Sequence record: SRR2962707_2554
DNA: 59,272 nucleotides
Reading direction: 5' to 3' (one strand)
The notes under the pieces: model-generated
Database searches by the model: none
What the model was told of the DNA's origin: nothing
The model's input: only the letters and a program-made list of their open reading frames with translations
Translations under genes and position numbers: made by a program
In this document: piece by piece, positions 37,886-46,738 of the stretch
Position numbering within the stretch: the first letter of the stretch is position 1
Layout: every line of letters begins with the position of its first letter

Positions 37886-37989
37886 AAGCAGTGCTTGTCA
37901 GTCGCCCAGCAACTTCTTCCGGGCGTCGATTGATTGTCGTTTAGGCAACGTTGTCTAATAATCAAGCAAACAACAAAGGGAATGGCTTC

Positions 37990-39042
37990 ATGAAACTCAT
38001 AAAAATGCTGCGCACCTCCACGATAGTGCTTGCTGCAACCATCACCCCGCTGTCTCTGGCTTCCGCCGAGGAGCCGACGGTCAAATGGAAGATGGCCGGC
38101 ACTTTTTCCAGTTCCTTGCCACAGCTGGGAACGCTGGGAAAGCGAGTTGAAGAACAGATCGCCAAGGTGTCCGGCGGCAGCCTCGAGATTCGCTTCTATG
38201 AACCCAACGCCCTGGTTCCGCCGCTCGAAGCTTTCGATGCCGTTTCTGTTGGCGCCATCGACGCCGCTTTCTCCACCCCCGGGTTCTGGGGCGGCAAGGT
38301 GCCCGCATTGCAGGTCTTTGGCGCACTTCCGTTCGGGCCTTCGTCACCGGAATACATGGCCTGGTTCTATTTCGGCGGCGGAAAGGAAATATTCGACGAG
38401 ATCTATGCCCGGCACGGCATCCATTCAGTCATGTGCGGCATGCTTGCGCCTGAGGGCTCAGGCTGGTTCCGTGAGGAGATCAAGAGCGTCGACGATCTTG
38501 CCGGACTGAAATTGCGCTTCTTCGGCCTGGGCGCCAAGGCTCTGGAGAAGTTTGGTGTCTCGGCCCAGCTTCTGGCCGCACCTGATGTCTATCCCGCGCT
38601 CGACCGCGGCGTTATCGACGGTCTTGAATTCGTCCAGCCGGCGATCGATCTGAAAATGGGATTCTGGCAGATCGCCAAGCATTACTACTTCCCCGGCTGG
38701 CATCAGCAATCGACCTTTTTCGATCTGATGATGAACAAGGATAAATGGGACGCTCTGAGCGAAACGCAGCAGGCGCAGATCGAAGCGGTTTGCGGCGACA
38801 ATGTTCGCTATGGCATCGCCGAAGGCGAGGCGATCCAGGTCCCTGCCCTCAAGGAGCTACAGGAAAAAGGCGTTCAACTGCATCGCTGGTCGGATGAGGA
38901 TCTCGAAAAACTGCACGGCGCGGTCGACGAAGTCTTTGCAGAGCAATCCGCTGCCGACCCGGACTTCAAGCGCGCCTTTACCAGCTTCACCGAGTTCCGG
39001 GCTGAGTATGCCACCTGGCGCGACCTCGGCTACCTGAAGTAA
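37990..39042 (+). CDS. dctP: TRAP transporter substrate-binding protein (TakP/SmoM-like)
   Basis: Signal peptide; KWKMAGTF, GWFREEI, GLKLR, LDRGVIDGLEF, YYFPGWHQ. Confidence 0.92.
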   Translation: MKLIKMLRTSTIVLAATITPLSLASAEEPTVKWKMAGTFSSSLPQLGTLGKRVEEQIAKVSGGSLEIRFYEPNALVPPLEAFDAVSVGAIDAAFSTPGFWGGKVPALQVFGALPFGPSSPEYMAWFYFGGGKEIFDEIYARHGIHSVMCGMLAPEGSGWFREEIKSVDDLAGLKLRFFGLGAKALEKFGVSAQLLAAPDVYPALDRGVIDGLEFVQPAIDLKMGFWQIAKHYYFPGWHQQSTFFDLMMNKDKWDALSETQQAQIEAVCGDNVRYGIAEGEAIQVPALKELQEKGVQLHRWSDEDLEKLHGAVDEVFAEQSAADPDFKRAFTSFTEFRAEYATWRDLGYLK

Positions 39043-39044
39043 GC

Positions 39045-39599
39045 GTGATGACCGCTCTTCTGGCTTCGGCCAATGTCCTCAAGGCGGTCGCTCGACGCGT
39101 CGGCCAGGCAGCAGCATGGCTTGTCGTGCTGCTTGTCCTGGCTGTCGTGCTCGATGTCGTCACCCGCCGCTTCATCGTGCTTGGGTCGACGAAGCTTCAA
39201 GACCTGGAGTGGCATTTTCATGCCGCTCTTTTCCTGCTCTCCCTCGGCTACGCCTATGTCGAGGGAGAGCATGTGCGGATCGATGTCCTGCAGGCCCGCT
39301 TCGGGCCGAAAGTCATAGCCGCCATCGAAATGATCGGTGCATCGCTCTTCGTCGTCCCCTTCTGTGTGATCGTCCTCTACTACGGCTACAACTTCGTCGA
39401 ACGCTCCTTCCTGCTGGACGAAGGCTCCGCCTCGCAGACCGGGCTCCCCCATCGCTGGATCATCAAATCGATGTTGCTGGTCGGCTTTACGACCCTGCTC
39501 CTGGCCACCCTCGGCACGATCGCCCAGTCGGCCGCCATCCTCCTGGGCGCCAGAACTCCCGACGATCCCCATGCAAACCACCAGGAGGTGGGATTATGA
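39045..39599 (+). CDS. dctQ: TRAP transporter small permease
   Basis: DVVTR, LEWH, EHVRIDV; 4 TMs. Confidence 0.9.
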   Translation: MMTALLASANVLKAVARRVGQAAAWLVVLLVLAVVLDVVTRRFIVLGSTKLQDLEWHFHAALFLLSLGYAYVEGEHVRIDVLQARFGPKVIAAIEMIGASLFVVPFCVIVLYYGYNFVERSFLLDEGSASQTGLPHRWIIKSMLLVGFTTLLLATLGTIAQSAAILLGARTPDDPHANHQEVGL

Positions 39600-40960
39600 G
39601 CACATTCGAGATGATTTTACCGCTGACCATGCTGGGCGGGCTCGTGATCATCCTCTTTTCCGGCTTTCCGGTTGCTTTCTGCCTGGCAGGGGTGGGACTG
39701 GCTTTCGCGCTGGTCGGCGGCATGCTGGACATGTTTCATCCGATGCAGCTCTTTCTCATTGTCAGCCGCATCTGGGGCTCTATCGCAGAGAACCTGGTTC
39801 TCGTTGCAATCCCGATGTTCATCTTCATGGGCATCATGCTCGAGAAGAGCGGGGTTGCCCGCCACCTCCTCGAGATTCTCTCGCTGCTGCTCCGGCGCGT
39901 CCCTGGCGGGCTGGCATTGTCGGTGGTCATCATGGGCACAATCATGGCTGCGACCACAGGTATTGTCGGGGCTTCGGTGGTCATGCTGGCCCTGTTGTCA
40001 TTACCGGTGATGATGGACCGTGGCTATGACAAGAAGATTGCCGCCGGGGTGATTTCGGCCTCCGGAACGCTCGGCATTCTCATTCCGCCCTCCATCATGC
40101 TTGTGATCATGGGCGACCTTCTGGCCATTCCGGTGGGCGACCTGTTCGCCGGTGCCATCATTCCCGGGTTGCTCCTGTCGGGGCTCTATGTCGTCTATAT
40201 TATTGTGGTCGCGATCATCAGCCCGCACCGCATGCCCAAATATGAAGAGGGCGACACTGATATCGGCGGCAGTTTCGCCGGGCTGCTCTTGCGCGGTTTT
40301 CTACCACCCACATTGCTTGTCATCTGCGTGCTCGGCTCGATCATCGGCGGTTTCGCCACGCCTACGGAAGCCGCTGGCGTCGGTGCGTTCGGGGCCACAT
40401 TGCTCGCGATCTTCAACCGGACATTCAACCTGTCATTGTTGCGCGAAGTTGTCCGCGGCACGGCGCTGACCAACGCCATGATCTTCGGTATTTTCTGTGG
40501 GGCGACCTTGTTTTCCTACGTCTTCAGGGAGCTGGGCGGCGACGACGCCATCATCCACCTCATCGACATGCTTGACCTGCATGATTGGGCGCTTCTGACA
40601 TTGCTGATGGTGATCATCTTCCTGCTCGGCTTTTTCTTCGACTGGCTGGAAATCACACTGATCATTCTTCCGGTTTTCCGGCCCATCGTCATGTCACTGG
40701 ACTTTGGCGACGCGGTCCCGACCGACAAGATTCTGCTTTGGTTCGCCATCGGCGTCGCAGTGAACCTGCAAACGTCCTACCTCACGCCACCCTTTGGTCC
40801 GGCGCTGTTTTATCTGCGTCAGGCAGGACAGGGGTTCTTGTCACTCGGTGACATCTACCGCGGGGTGATCCCGTTCACGCTGCTCCAGCTGGCAGGGCTG
40901 ATCGTGTGTCTCGTCTTCCCTGCCGTGGTCCTCTGGCTGCCAACCTATCTCGGCTACTGA
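39596..40960 (+). CDS. dctM: TRAP transporter large permease
   Basis: AIPMFIFMG, GTLGILIPPS, ATPTEAA, LTPPFG; start ATG 39596 overlapping the dctQ stop. Confidence 0.93.
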   Translation: MSTFEMILPLTMLGGLVIILFSGFPVAFCLAGVGLAFALVGGMLDMFHPMQLFLIVSRIWGSIAENLVLVAIPMFIFMGIMLEKSGVARHLLEILSLLLRRVPGGLALSVVIMGTIMAATTGIVGASVVMLALLSLPVMMDRGYDKKIAAGVISASGTLGILIPPSIMLVIMGDLLAIPVGDLFAGAIIPGLLLSGLYVVYIIVVAIISPHRMPKYEEGDTDIGGSFAGLLLRGFLPPTLLVICVLGSIIGGFATPTEAAGVGAFGATLLAIFNRTFNLSLLREVVRGTALTNAMIFGIFCGATLFSYVFRELGGDDAIIHLIDMLDLHDWALLTLLMVIIFLLGFFFDWLEITLIILPVFRPIVMSLDFGDAVPTDKILLWFAIGVAVNLQTSYLTPPFGPALFYLRQAGQGFLSLGDIYRGVIPFTLLQLAGLIVCLVFPAVVLWLPTYLGY

Positions 40961-41004
40961 GCCGCTCTCTTTACCAATCAACCCACTCAACAAAGGAAAA
41001 CACC

Positions 41005-41388
41005 ATGTCCCGTACCGTCATCGCCCCTCCAAGCGTCACTGTTCCGAACGTGCCGCTGTCACCAGGTATCGGCTTTGGGGATCTTGTCTTTGTCTCCGGC
41101 CAGTTGCCGATAGACCCGGCGACAGGCGACCTCGTCGAAGGCATCGAAGCGCAGACCAAGGCTTCGCTGGCCAATCTCAAGACCGTGCTGGAAGCGGGCG
41201 GAGCATCCATGCAGAGCGTTTTGAAAACCACAGTGTTCCTCAAGGACATGAATGATTTCGGCGCCATGAACGCCATCTACGCCGAAGCCTTCCCAACCGA
41301 GCCACCGGCGCGTTCCGCGTTCGAGGTGGCCCGCCTGCCCAAGGATGCGCTGGTCGAAATCGAGGCCGTCGCTGCGCGCGTGAAGTGA
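41005..41388 (+). CDS. RidA/YjgF/UK114 family protein
   Basis: VSGQLP, KTTVFL.DMNDF..MN, PPARS, LPK.ALVEIE. Confidence 0.93.
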   Translation: MSRTVIAPPSVTVPNVPLSPGIGFGDLVFVSGQLPIDPATGDLVEGIEAQTKASLANLKTVLEAGGASMQSVLKTTVFLKDMNDFGAMNAIYAEAFPTEPPARSAFEVARLPKDALVEIEAVAARVK

Positions 41389-41397
41389 GAACGAACC

Positions 41398-41961
41398 ATG
41401 ACAGACAAACCTGAAATGACTGAAGCGTTCAGCCACCCCGCAGCACAAGTCGCCCTGAAAACCGGGGGCGGCACCCGGGACTGGAAGGGCGTCCTGCTTC
41501 ATATTCATATCGCGCCCAAGGCGAGCTATGAAATGGAAGAGCTTGATGAGGCCGTCTGTGTCCCCGGACAGGGTATAGAAGGGGATCGCTATTATCTGGG
41601 CACCGGCACCTATTCCGTCCGCCCGGATGTGCGCGAAATCACACTGATCGAACAGGAAGCCCTTGACGCCATCACGCGCAACGATCCGCCGCTACAGTCC
41701 GGGCCGATCGAGCTTGATCCGATCGACCACCGGCGCAACCTCACTGTTCGCGGGGTTCCGCTCAACCATCTCGTCGGTCGCCGGTTTCGCGTCGGCGAGG
41801 TGATCCTGCGCGGTGGCCGGCTCAACTTCCCCTGCAAGTATCTGGAGACCCTGCTCGACCAGCCGGTGTTTCTGCCGCTGTACAATCGTTCCGGCCTGAA
41901 TTGCGGCATTGAACAAGGTGGCACCATCCGGCCCGGCGATGTCATCGAGATGCTGGATTAG
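41398..41961 (+). CDS. MOSC domain protein (YiiM-like)
   Basis: GIEGDRY, RRNL, VGRRFRVG, PC conserved Cys, GGTIRPGD. Confidence 0.88.
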   Translation: MTDKPEMTEAFSHPAAQVALKTGGGTRDWKGVLLHIHIAPKASYEMEELDEAVCVPGQGIEGDRYYLGTGTYSVRPDVREITLIEQEALDAITRNDPPLQSGPIELDPIDHRRNLTVRGVPLNHLVGRRFRVGEVILRGGRLNFPCKYLETLLDQPVFLPLYNRSGLNCGIEQGGTIRPGDVIEMLD

Positions 41962-41964
41962 ACG

Positions 41965-42912
41965 ATGAGCAATCGACTGATCATGAAGTTGCGCGTCGCC
42001 GGGCTTCGTCAGGAGACACCGGATGTCATGGCAATCCGGCTTGAGCATCCACGCCGCCCGCGCCTTCCGGCGTGGGAGGCCGGTGCCCATGTCGACGTGC
42101 ATCTTCCCGAAGGCGGCATCCGCCAGTATTCGCTTTGCGGCGATCCCGACGATCGAAGCCACTACAGCATCGCGGTCAAGCGGGAGGACACAGGCAGAGG
42201 CGGATCGAGATGGCTGCATACCCATCTCGATATCGGTGCGGAACTGCCGGTCTCGGCACCGCGCAACCACTTTCAGCTCACCCCTCAAAATGGTCCGCAC
42301 CTGCTGATCGCCGGCGGCATCGGGGTCACGCCGCTGGCAGCGATGGCGCGCGAACTCCGGCGCCATGGCACAGATTTCGTTCTGCATTATTGTGCTCGAA
42401 ACCGGCTGAGCGCGCCTTTACTCGAAGAGCTTGAAGCGATCTGCGGCAAGCAACTCAGGATCTGGTTGTCCGATGACGGTGAACGCCTTGAGCCAGGGCG
42501 GGTGCTTGCCGACGCTCCCGGAACGGAACTCTATGTGTGCGGCCCGGCACGGCTGACCGATGCCGTGGAGCAGGCCGCCATGTCACTTGACTGGCCGGCT
42601 CAGCACTACCATTCGGAACGCTTTACCGCATTGCAGGACCCCGATTTCCAACCCGAAACCTTCGAGGCGGTCATTGCTTCGACCGGTTCCAGGCTTACCA
42701 TCCCTGCCGACCGGAGCCTGCTTTCGGTTCTCACAGAGAATGGAATCGCACTCGATTTCTCCTGCGAGATAGGTGTCTGCGGCGCCTGCGAGTGCGGCTA
42801 CAGGGAAGGCACCATTATCCATCGGGATGTGGTGCTTGGCCCCGAAAGCAGGAAAGCCCGGCTGATGAGCTGCGTGTCGCGCGCAAAAGGCACGGTCGTC
42901 CTCGACCTTTGA
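41965..42912 (+). CDS. PDR/VanB-family flavin/2Fe-2S oxidoreductase
   Basis: RQYSL, GRGGS, AGGIGVTP, YVCGP, SCEIGVCGAC...CVS. Confidence 0.93.
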   Translation: MSNRLIMKLRVAGLRQETPDVMAIRLEHPRRPRLPAWEAGAHVDVHLPEGGIRQYSLCGDPDDRSHYSIAVKREDTGRGGSRWLHTHLDIGAELPVSAPRNHFQLTPQNGPHLLIAGGIGVTPLAAMARELRRHGTDFVLHYCARNRLSAPLLEELEAICGKQLRIWLSDDGERLEPGRVLADAPGTELYVCGPARLTDAVEQAAMSLDWPAQHYHSERFTALQDPDFQPETFEAVIASTGSRLTIPADRSLLSVLTENGIALDFSCEIGVCGACECGYREGTIIHRDVVLGPESRKARLMSCVSRAKGTVVLDL

Positions 42913-42946
42913 TGTTTCATTCTTCCCGTCTCATCGATCCGGGTCA

Positions 42947-42991
42947 CGCCGTTTAACCTTTGACATCGTGCTCCGGTTCAAAGTTAAGGCG
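42947..42991. terminator. Imperfect inverted repeat between convergent operons
   Basis: CGCC..TTAAC.TTTGA / TCAAAGTTAAGGCG. Confidence 0.35.
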
Positions 42992-43010
42992 ACGCTACCA
43001 ACACGAGATG

Positions 43011-43751
43011 TCACGAACTGAAAGTAGCATCGAACCCTTCAACGAGCCGGGTGGTATCCGACCCGCAGATGACCAAAGCGAGCCTGTCAGCCCATATTTC
43101 TGCTTCAGCCCGCGTCATGCAGAAAATCCCGGCCGGCACGCCTGCTTCTGTCGCGCCTTTCAGGATCAACTCGATGGCTTCGTTCAGAGAGGCCTGGCCT
43201 GATCGACCATCTGCAGCCAGACTGATCCCCAGATCGCCAGGACCGATGAAGACAAGGTCAATTCCCGGAACAGCCAGAATGGCCGGCAGGTTAACCAGCG
43301 CCTCAACCGTTTCGAGTTGTATCGCCACCAGCGTGGACCGGCGCGCGCCCTCCACGGATTTGAGAATATCGCGACCATAAGCTGTGCTTCTGCCCGGGCC
43401 GGCACCGCGCTTTCCATCGGGCGGGAAGCGGGTGGCACGAACCACGTTTCGCGCGTCCTGCTCAGTGTTGACATGTGGAACCAGAACGCCCTCGGCGCCG
43501 CTGTCGAGAGCCTTGGCAATCGACACCCCATCCAGTCCGGGAACCCGGACAAGTGCGGGCACCTGATGCAGTGCTGCTGCGCGCAGCATGTTTTCCAGTG
43601 TATCCGAAGAGATGGCGGAATGTTCCTGATCGATGCAGACAAAATCGGGCCGCGAGGCGCAGGCGATTTCGACAACCATCGGCGACGGAATTGCCAGGAA
43701 TGGGCCTTGGAGCGCCTTCGGGCGGGTCAACATCTCCCGAAGCGGGGTCAT
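43011..43751 (-). CDS. HpcH/HpaI aldolase family protein
   Basis: IDQEH, LVRVP, ALDSGAEGVLVPHV, QLET, FIGPGDL. Confidence 0.92.
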   Translation of the reverse strand: MTPLREMLTRPKALQGPFLAIPSPMVVEIACASRPDFVCIDQEHSAISSDTLENMLRAAALHQVPALVRVPGLDGVSIAKALDSGAEGVLVPHVNTEQDARNVVRATRFPPDGKRGAGPGRSTAYGRDILKSVEGARRSTLVAIQLETVEALVNLPAILAVPGIDLVFIGPGDLGISLAADGRSGQASLNEAIELILKGATEAGVPAGIFCMTRAEAEIWADRLALVICGSDTTRLVEGFDATFSS

Positions 43752-45136
43752 GTAGAGAATCCTTTTCCGGGGTTCATGATGTTCTTCGGATCCAGAGCCC
43801 GTTTCACTGCCCGCATGGTGGCTATTTCTTCAGGGCTTCGGCTGTATTCCAGATAAGCGCGCTTGATGACACCAATGCCATGCTCGGCGGAAACCGTCCC
43901 GCCAAGATCGCGGGTGCGCCCATAGACCAGCGCCTTGATTTCGGCAGCAGGTTGATCAGCATCGGCCGACGGAACATTGACCACCAGATGCAGGTTGCTG
44001 TCACCCAGATGACCATAGAACAGGGCAATGACATCGGGCCAACGGGCCTTCAGATCAGCCTCCAGCGTTGTCACGGCACTCGCCATGCTTGCCAGCGGCA
44101 CGCCGACATCAAATGCCGTGATCGGCCCCAGCAGGCGGCCATATTCAGCCACGCTTTCGCGCACGGCCCAGAGCTCCTTTTCCTCGCGCGCTGAAGCTGC
44201 AATGACTGCATCGCCAACCTCAGCTGCCTCGAACGCACCTTCAAGGCACGCTTCAAGTGCGGTGCGCAGTGGCGCCTCGGCAAAGCCGCTTGCCTCGACG
44301 ATTACATAGACCCCGTGCGCCGCTGCCAGCGGGTTCTTCACGCCGATGCCATTGGACATGAAATCGAAGAAGCTCGGCCACATCACCTCGAACGACGTGA
44401 GCTGCGGACCAAGTGATGCCCGGGCGCGTTTCAGAAGTGCGATTACCGACGCCGTATCAGGACAGCCGCAAAAAGCCGCGCCGGTATAGGCCGGACGGGG
44501 GTGCAAACGCATCACTGCCCGCGTCACGATTCCCATCAGCCCTTCCGAGCCAATGAACAACTGCTTCAGATCAAGGCCTGCATTGTTCTTGATCATGGTG
44601 TTCATGGAGCTGACGATCGTCCCGTCGGCAAGCACAGCCTCGACACCCAGAACATGATCGCGCGTCATTCCGTAGCGGATCACCTGATTGCCGCCGGCAT
44701 TGGTGGAAATGACCCCACCGACAGTGCAGCTGCCACGGGCGCCGAGATCGACACCAAGCAACAGATCGTGTTCTGCGGCCGCTTCCTGCGCGGTTTGCAG
44801 CACCGTGCCTGCACCAAGCGTAATGGTGGCCATCTCGCGATCGATGCTTTCAATGGCGTTCATCCGCTCAAGCGAGATCGAAACCGCATCCGCCACCGGA
44901 TGAGCCCCGCCGGAAATGCCGCTGAGCCCACCTTGCGGCACGACCGGCGTGCCGGTTTCGTTGCAGAGCCGCAGCGCGGTGGCGACCTCTGTCGTGTTAC
45001 GTGGGCGGACAAGAGCCAGCGGCCGGGCCGGAGCGAGCCCGGACCAGTCATGCATTGATCGTTCCGGTGTATGAGCACCCGGCGTGACGACCTCGGGGCC
45101 AAGCGCCTTGCTCAACCGGGTGACAATATCGTTCAT
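43748..45136 (-). CDS. FAD-binding oxidoreductase (GlcD/D-2-hydroxyacid dehydrogenase family)
   Basis: PQGGLSG..GGA, TNAGG..VIRYG, KNNAG.DLKQLFIGSEG, GHLGDSNLH, SAEHGIG; start ATG 45136. Confidence 0.92.
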   Translation of the reverse strand: MNDIVTRLSKALGPEVVTPGAHTPERSMHDWSGLAPARPLALVRPRNTTEVATALRLCNETGTPVVPQGGLSGISGGAHPVADAVSISLERMNAIESIDREMATITLGAGTVLQTAQEAAAEHDLLLGVDLGARGSCTVGGVISTNAGGNQVIRYGMTRDHVLGVEAVLADGTIVSSMNTMIKNNAGLDLKQLFIGSEGLMGIVTRAVMRLHPRPAYTGAAFCGCPDTASVIALLKRARASLGPQLTSFEVMWPSFFDFMSNGIGVKNPLAAAHGVYVIVEASGFAEAPLRTALEACLEGAFEAAEVGDAVIAASAREEKELWAVRESVAEYGRLLGPITAFDVGVPLASMASAVTTLEADLKARWPDVIALFYGHLGDSNLHLVVNVPSADADQPAAEIKALVYGRTRDLGGTVSAEHGIGVIKRAYLEYSRSPEEIATMRAVKRALDPKNIMNPGKGFST

Positions 45137-45642
45137 GCCGCTGCTCCTGTCTGCGGGCGGATAGCGAAATGACAGGTCTCGCCTCCGGTGGCAGCACATT
45201 TGGTTTCCGTGACCGAAACAGCCTGCCCCAGCACCATTTTCCCGACAGCGGACAGCATTCCGCAGATCGGGGCGCACACCGGCCAGGGAGCGGCACCATA
45301 TCCGGCGACAAAGGGTGAATTGCGAACCTCAAGCGTGAATCCGTCCGCGCCAGGTTCGGAGAATGACCAGATCCCCCAGCCCAATTGCGGCGCGGTATTG
45401 GCAATAATGCCGAGCAAAGCGGCACCATCGGCAGCCCCCATTTTCTGGTAGGCCTGCGCCGATTTTGCGCCCTGGGTGGTGATGGAACGGGCCATGGCCT
45501 CGAGCACCCGCGGACGATCCTCCTCGGGCAGCTCATGCAGAATTCCCATGAAGGCGTCAGGACGGATCATCATGTAGCGGATGCCCGAATCCATATGGGC
45601 ACCGTTTTCCGCGTCGAAGCTGAGACGATCGAGGAAGCTCAT
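45133..45642 (-). CDS. Stand-alone V4R domain protein
   Basis: LGWG, NSPF, PVC...G, ETKCAATGGETCHF. Confidence 0.85.
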   Translation of the reverse strand: MSFLDRLSFDAENGAHMDSGIRYMMIRPDAFMGILHELPEEDRPRVLEAMARSITTQGAKSAQAYQKMGAADGAALLGIIANTAPQLGWGIWSFSEPGADGFTLEVRNSPFVAGYGAAPWPVCAPICGMLSAVGKMVLGQAVSVTETKCAATGGETCHFAIRPQTGAAA

Positions 45643-46724
45643 TGGCGCAACCCCGCTTCACGCAACAGCGGCAACACCTTCTCGCAGAAATACGGCAGCT
45701 CATCGGAATAATTGACGAAGCTGACGGTGGTTCCGGCAAACCCGGCCTCGTGCATCTTCACCATTTCATCGGCGATCTGCTGCGGCGTGCCAACCAGCGG
45801 ATAGGTGCCTGCTCCACCGGCAAAGCGCTTGCGGTGAAGGGAATAGACTTCGGGATCATGGTTGCGCGAATTCGCCGCCTGCTTGCTGGTCATGTAGTCC
45901 AGCGCTTCGGTGTCGGCTTCTGTCACGGCATAGCGCTCGTAATAGTCCTCGGCCTCTGCCTGGCTGGGACGGCAAACTACATGCGTGGTTGTGTAGACGC
46001 CAACATCGCGGCCGGTCTGTGCGGTGCGGGCGGCGACGTCATCGATGGTTTCCTTGCCTGCCTCGATGCTCTTGAACGAGGTGAAAAGGAAATCGGCGTG
46101 TTTCGCTGCAAAGTCCCGGCCCGGAGGCGAAAACGCGGCATTGAGGATCACCGGGCGCTCGTTGTTCAGCGGCTTGGGGGCCGTGGCAGCACCCTTGAGA
46201 TGGTAGTATTTGCCATCGAAATCGAATGGCTCGTCAGATGTATAGAGCCGGTCGATCACCTCGATCCACTCTGCAGCCTGATCATAGGGAGCGTCGGCCT
46301 TGTCGATGCCGAACATGGCGAACTCGTCCGGGTTCCAGCCTGCAACAATGTTCAGCCCGGCGCGGCCGTTGCTGGCATGGTTGACCGTGGCCAGCGCCTT
46401 GGCCGCGAAAACAGGGTGAACCATCGGCACATGGACAGTTGAAAACAGTGCAATATTCTCGGTCGCCCCGGCGAGTGCGGCTGCAAAAGTGAATGTCTCG
46501 AAGCTGTGCTGGCGCGAATTGGTCTTGCCCTCAAACCCCTTCCACCGGGCGATGGGCAGAAAAAACTCGATACCTGCACGATCAGCAATCCTGGCAGCCT
46601 CGATCACGTCGGTCCACTTCGCCTGCCACCGCTCGGGCACGCTGGTGAGCGTCAATCCGCCATCGGCATTGGCCGCAAACACGCCGAGTTTGAAAGGGTT
46701 CGGGCCATGCATTGGATGAGACAT
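45639..46724 (-). CDS. Luciferase-like (LLM) flavin-dependent monooxygenase
   Basis: LPIARWKGF, HPVFAAK, GRAGLNIVAGWN, LVGTPQQIAD. Confidence 0.93.
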   Translation of the reverse strand: MSHPMHGPNPFKLGVFAANADGGLTLTSVPERWQAKWTDVIEAARIADRAGIEFFLPIARWKGFEGKTNSRQHSFETFTFAAALAGATENIALFSTVHVPMVHPVFAAKALATVNHASNGRAGLNIVAGWNPDEFAMFGIDKADAPYDQAAEWIEVIDRLYTSDEPFDFDGKYYHLKGAATAPKPLNNERPVILNAAFSPPGRDFAAKHADFLFTSFKSIEAGKETIDDVAARTAQTGRDVGVYTTTHVVCRPSQAEAEDYYERYAVTEADTEALDYMTSKQAANSRNHDPEVYSLHRKRFAGGAGTYPLVGTPQQIADEMVKMHEAGFAGTTVSFVNYSDELPYFCEKVLPLLREAGLRQ

Positions 46725-46738
46725 TCAAAGCTCCTCTA

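Noticed and set aside
39116-39595. N-terminal extension of dctM suggesting a fusion
   Set aside because: Out-of-frame overlap with dctQ; the real start is 39596 with an RBS
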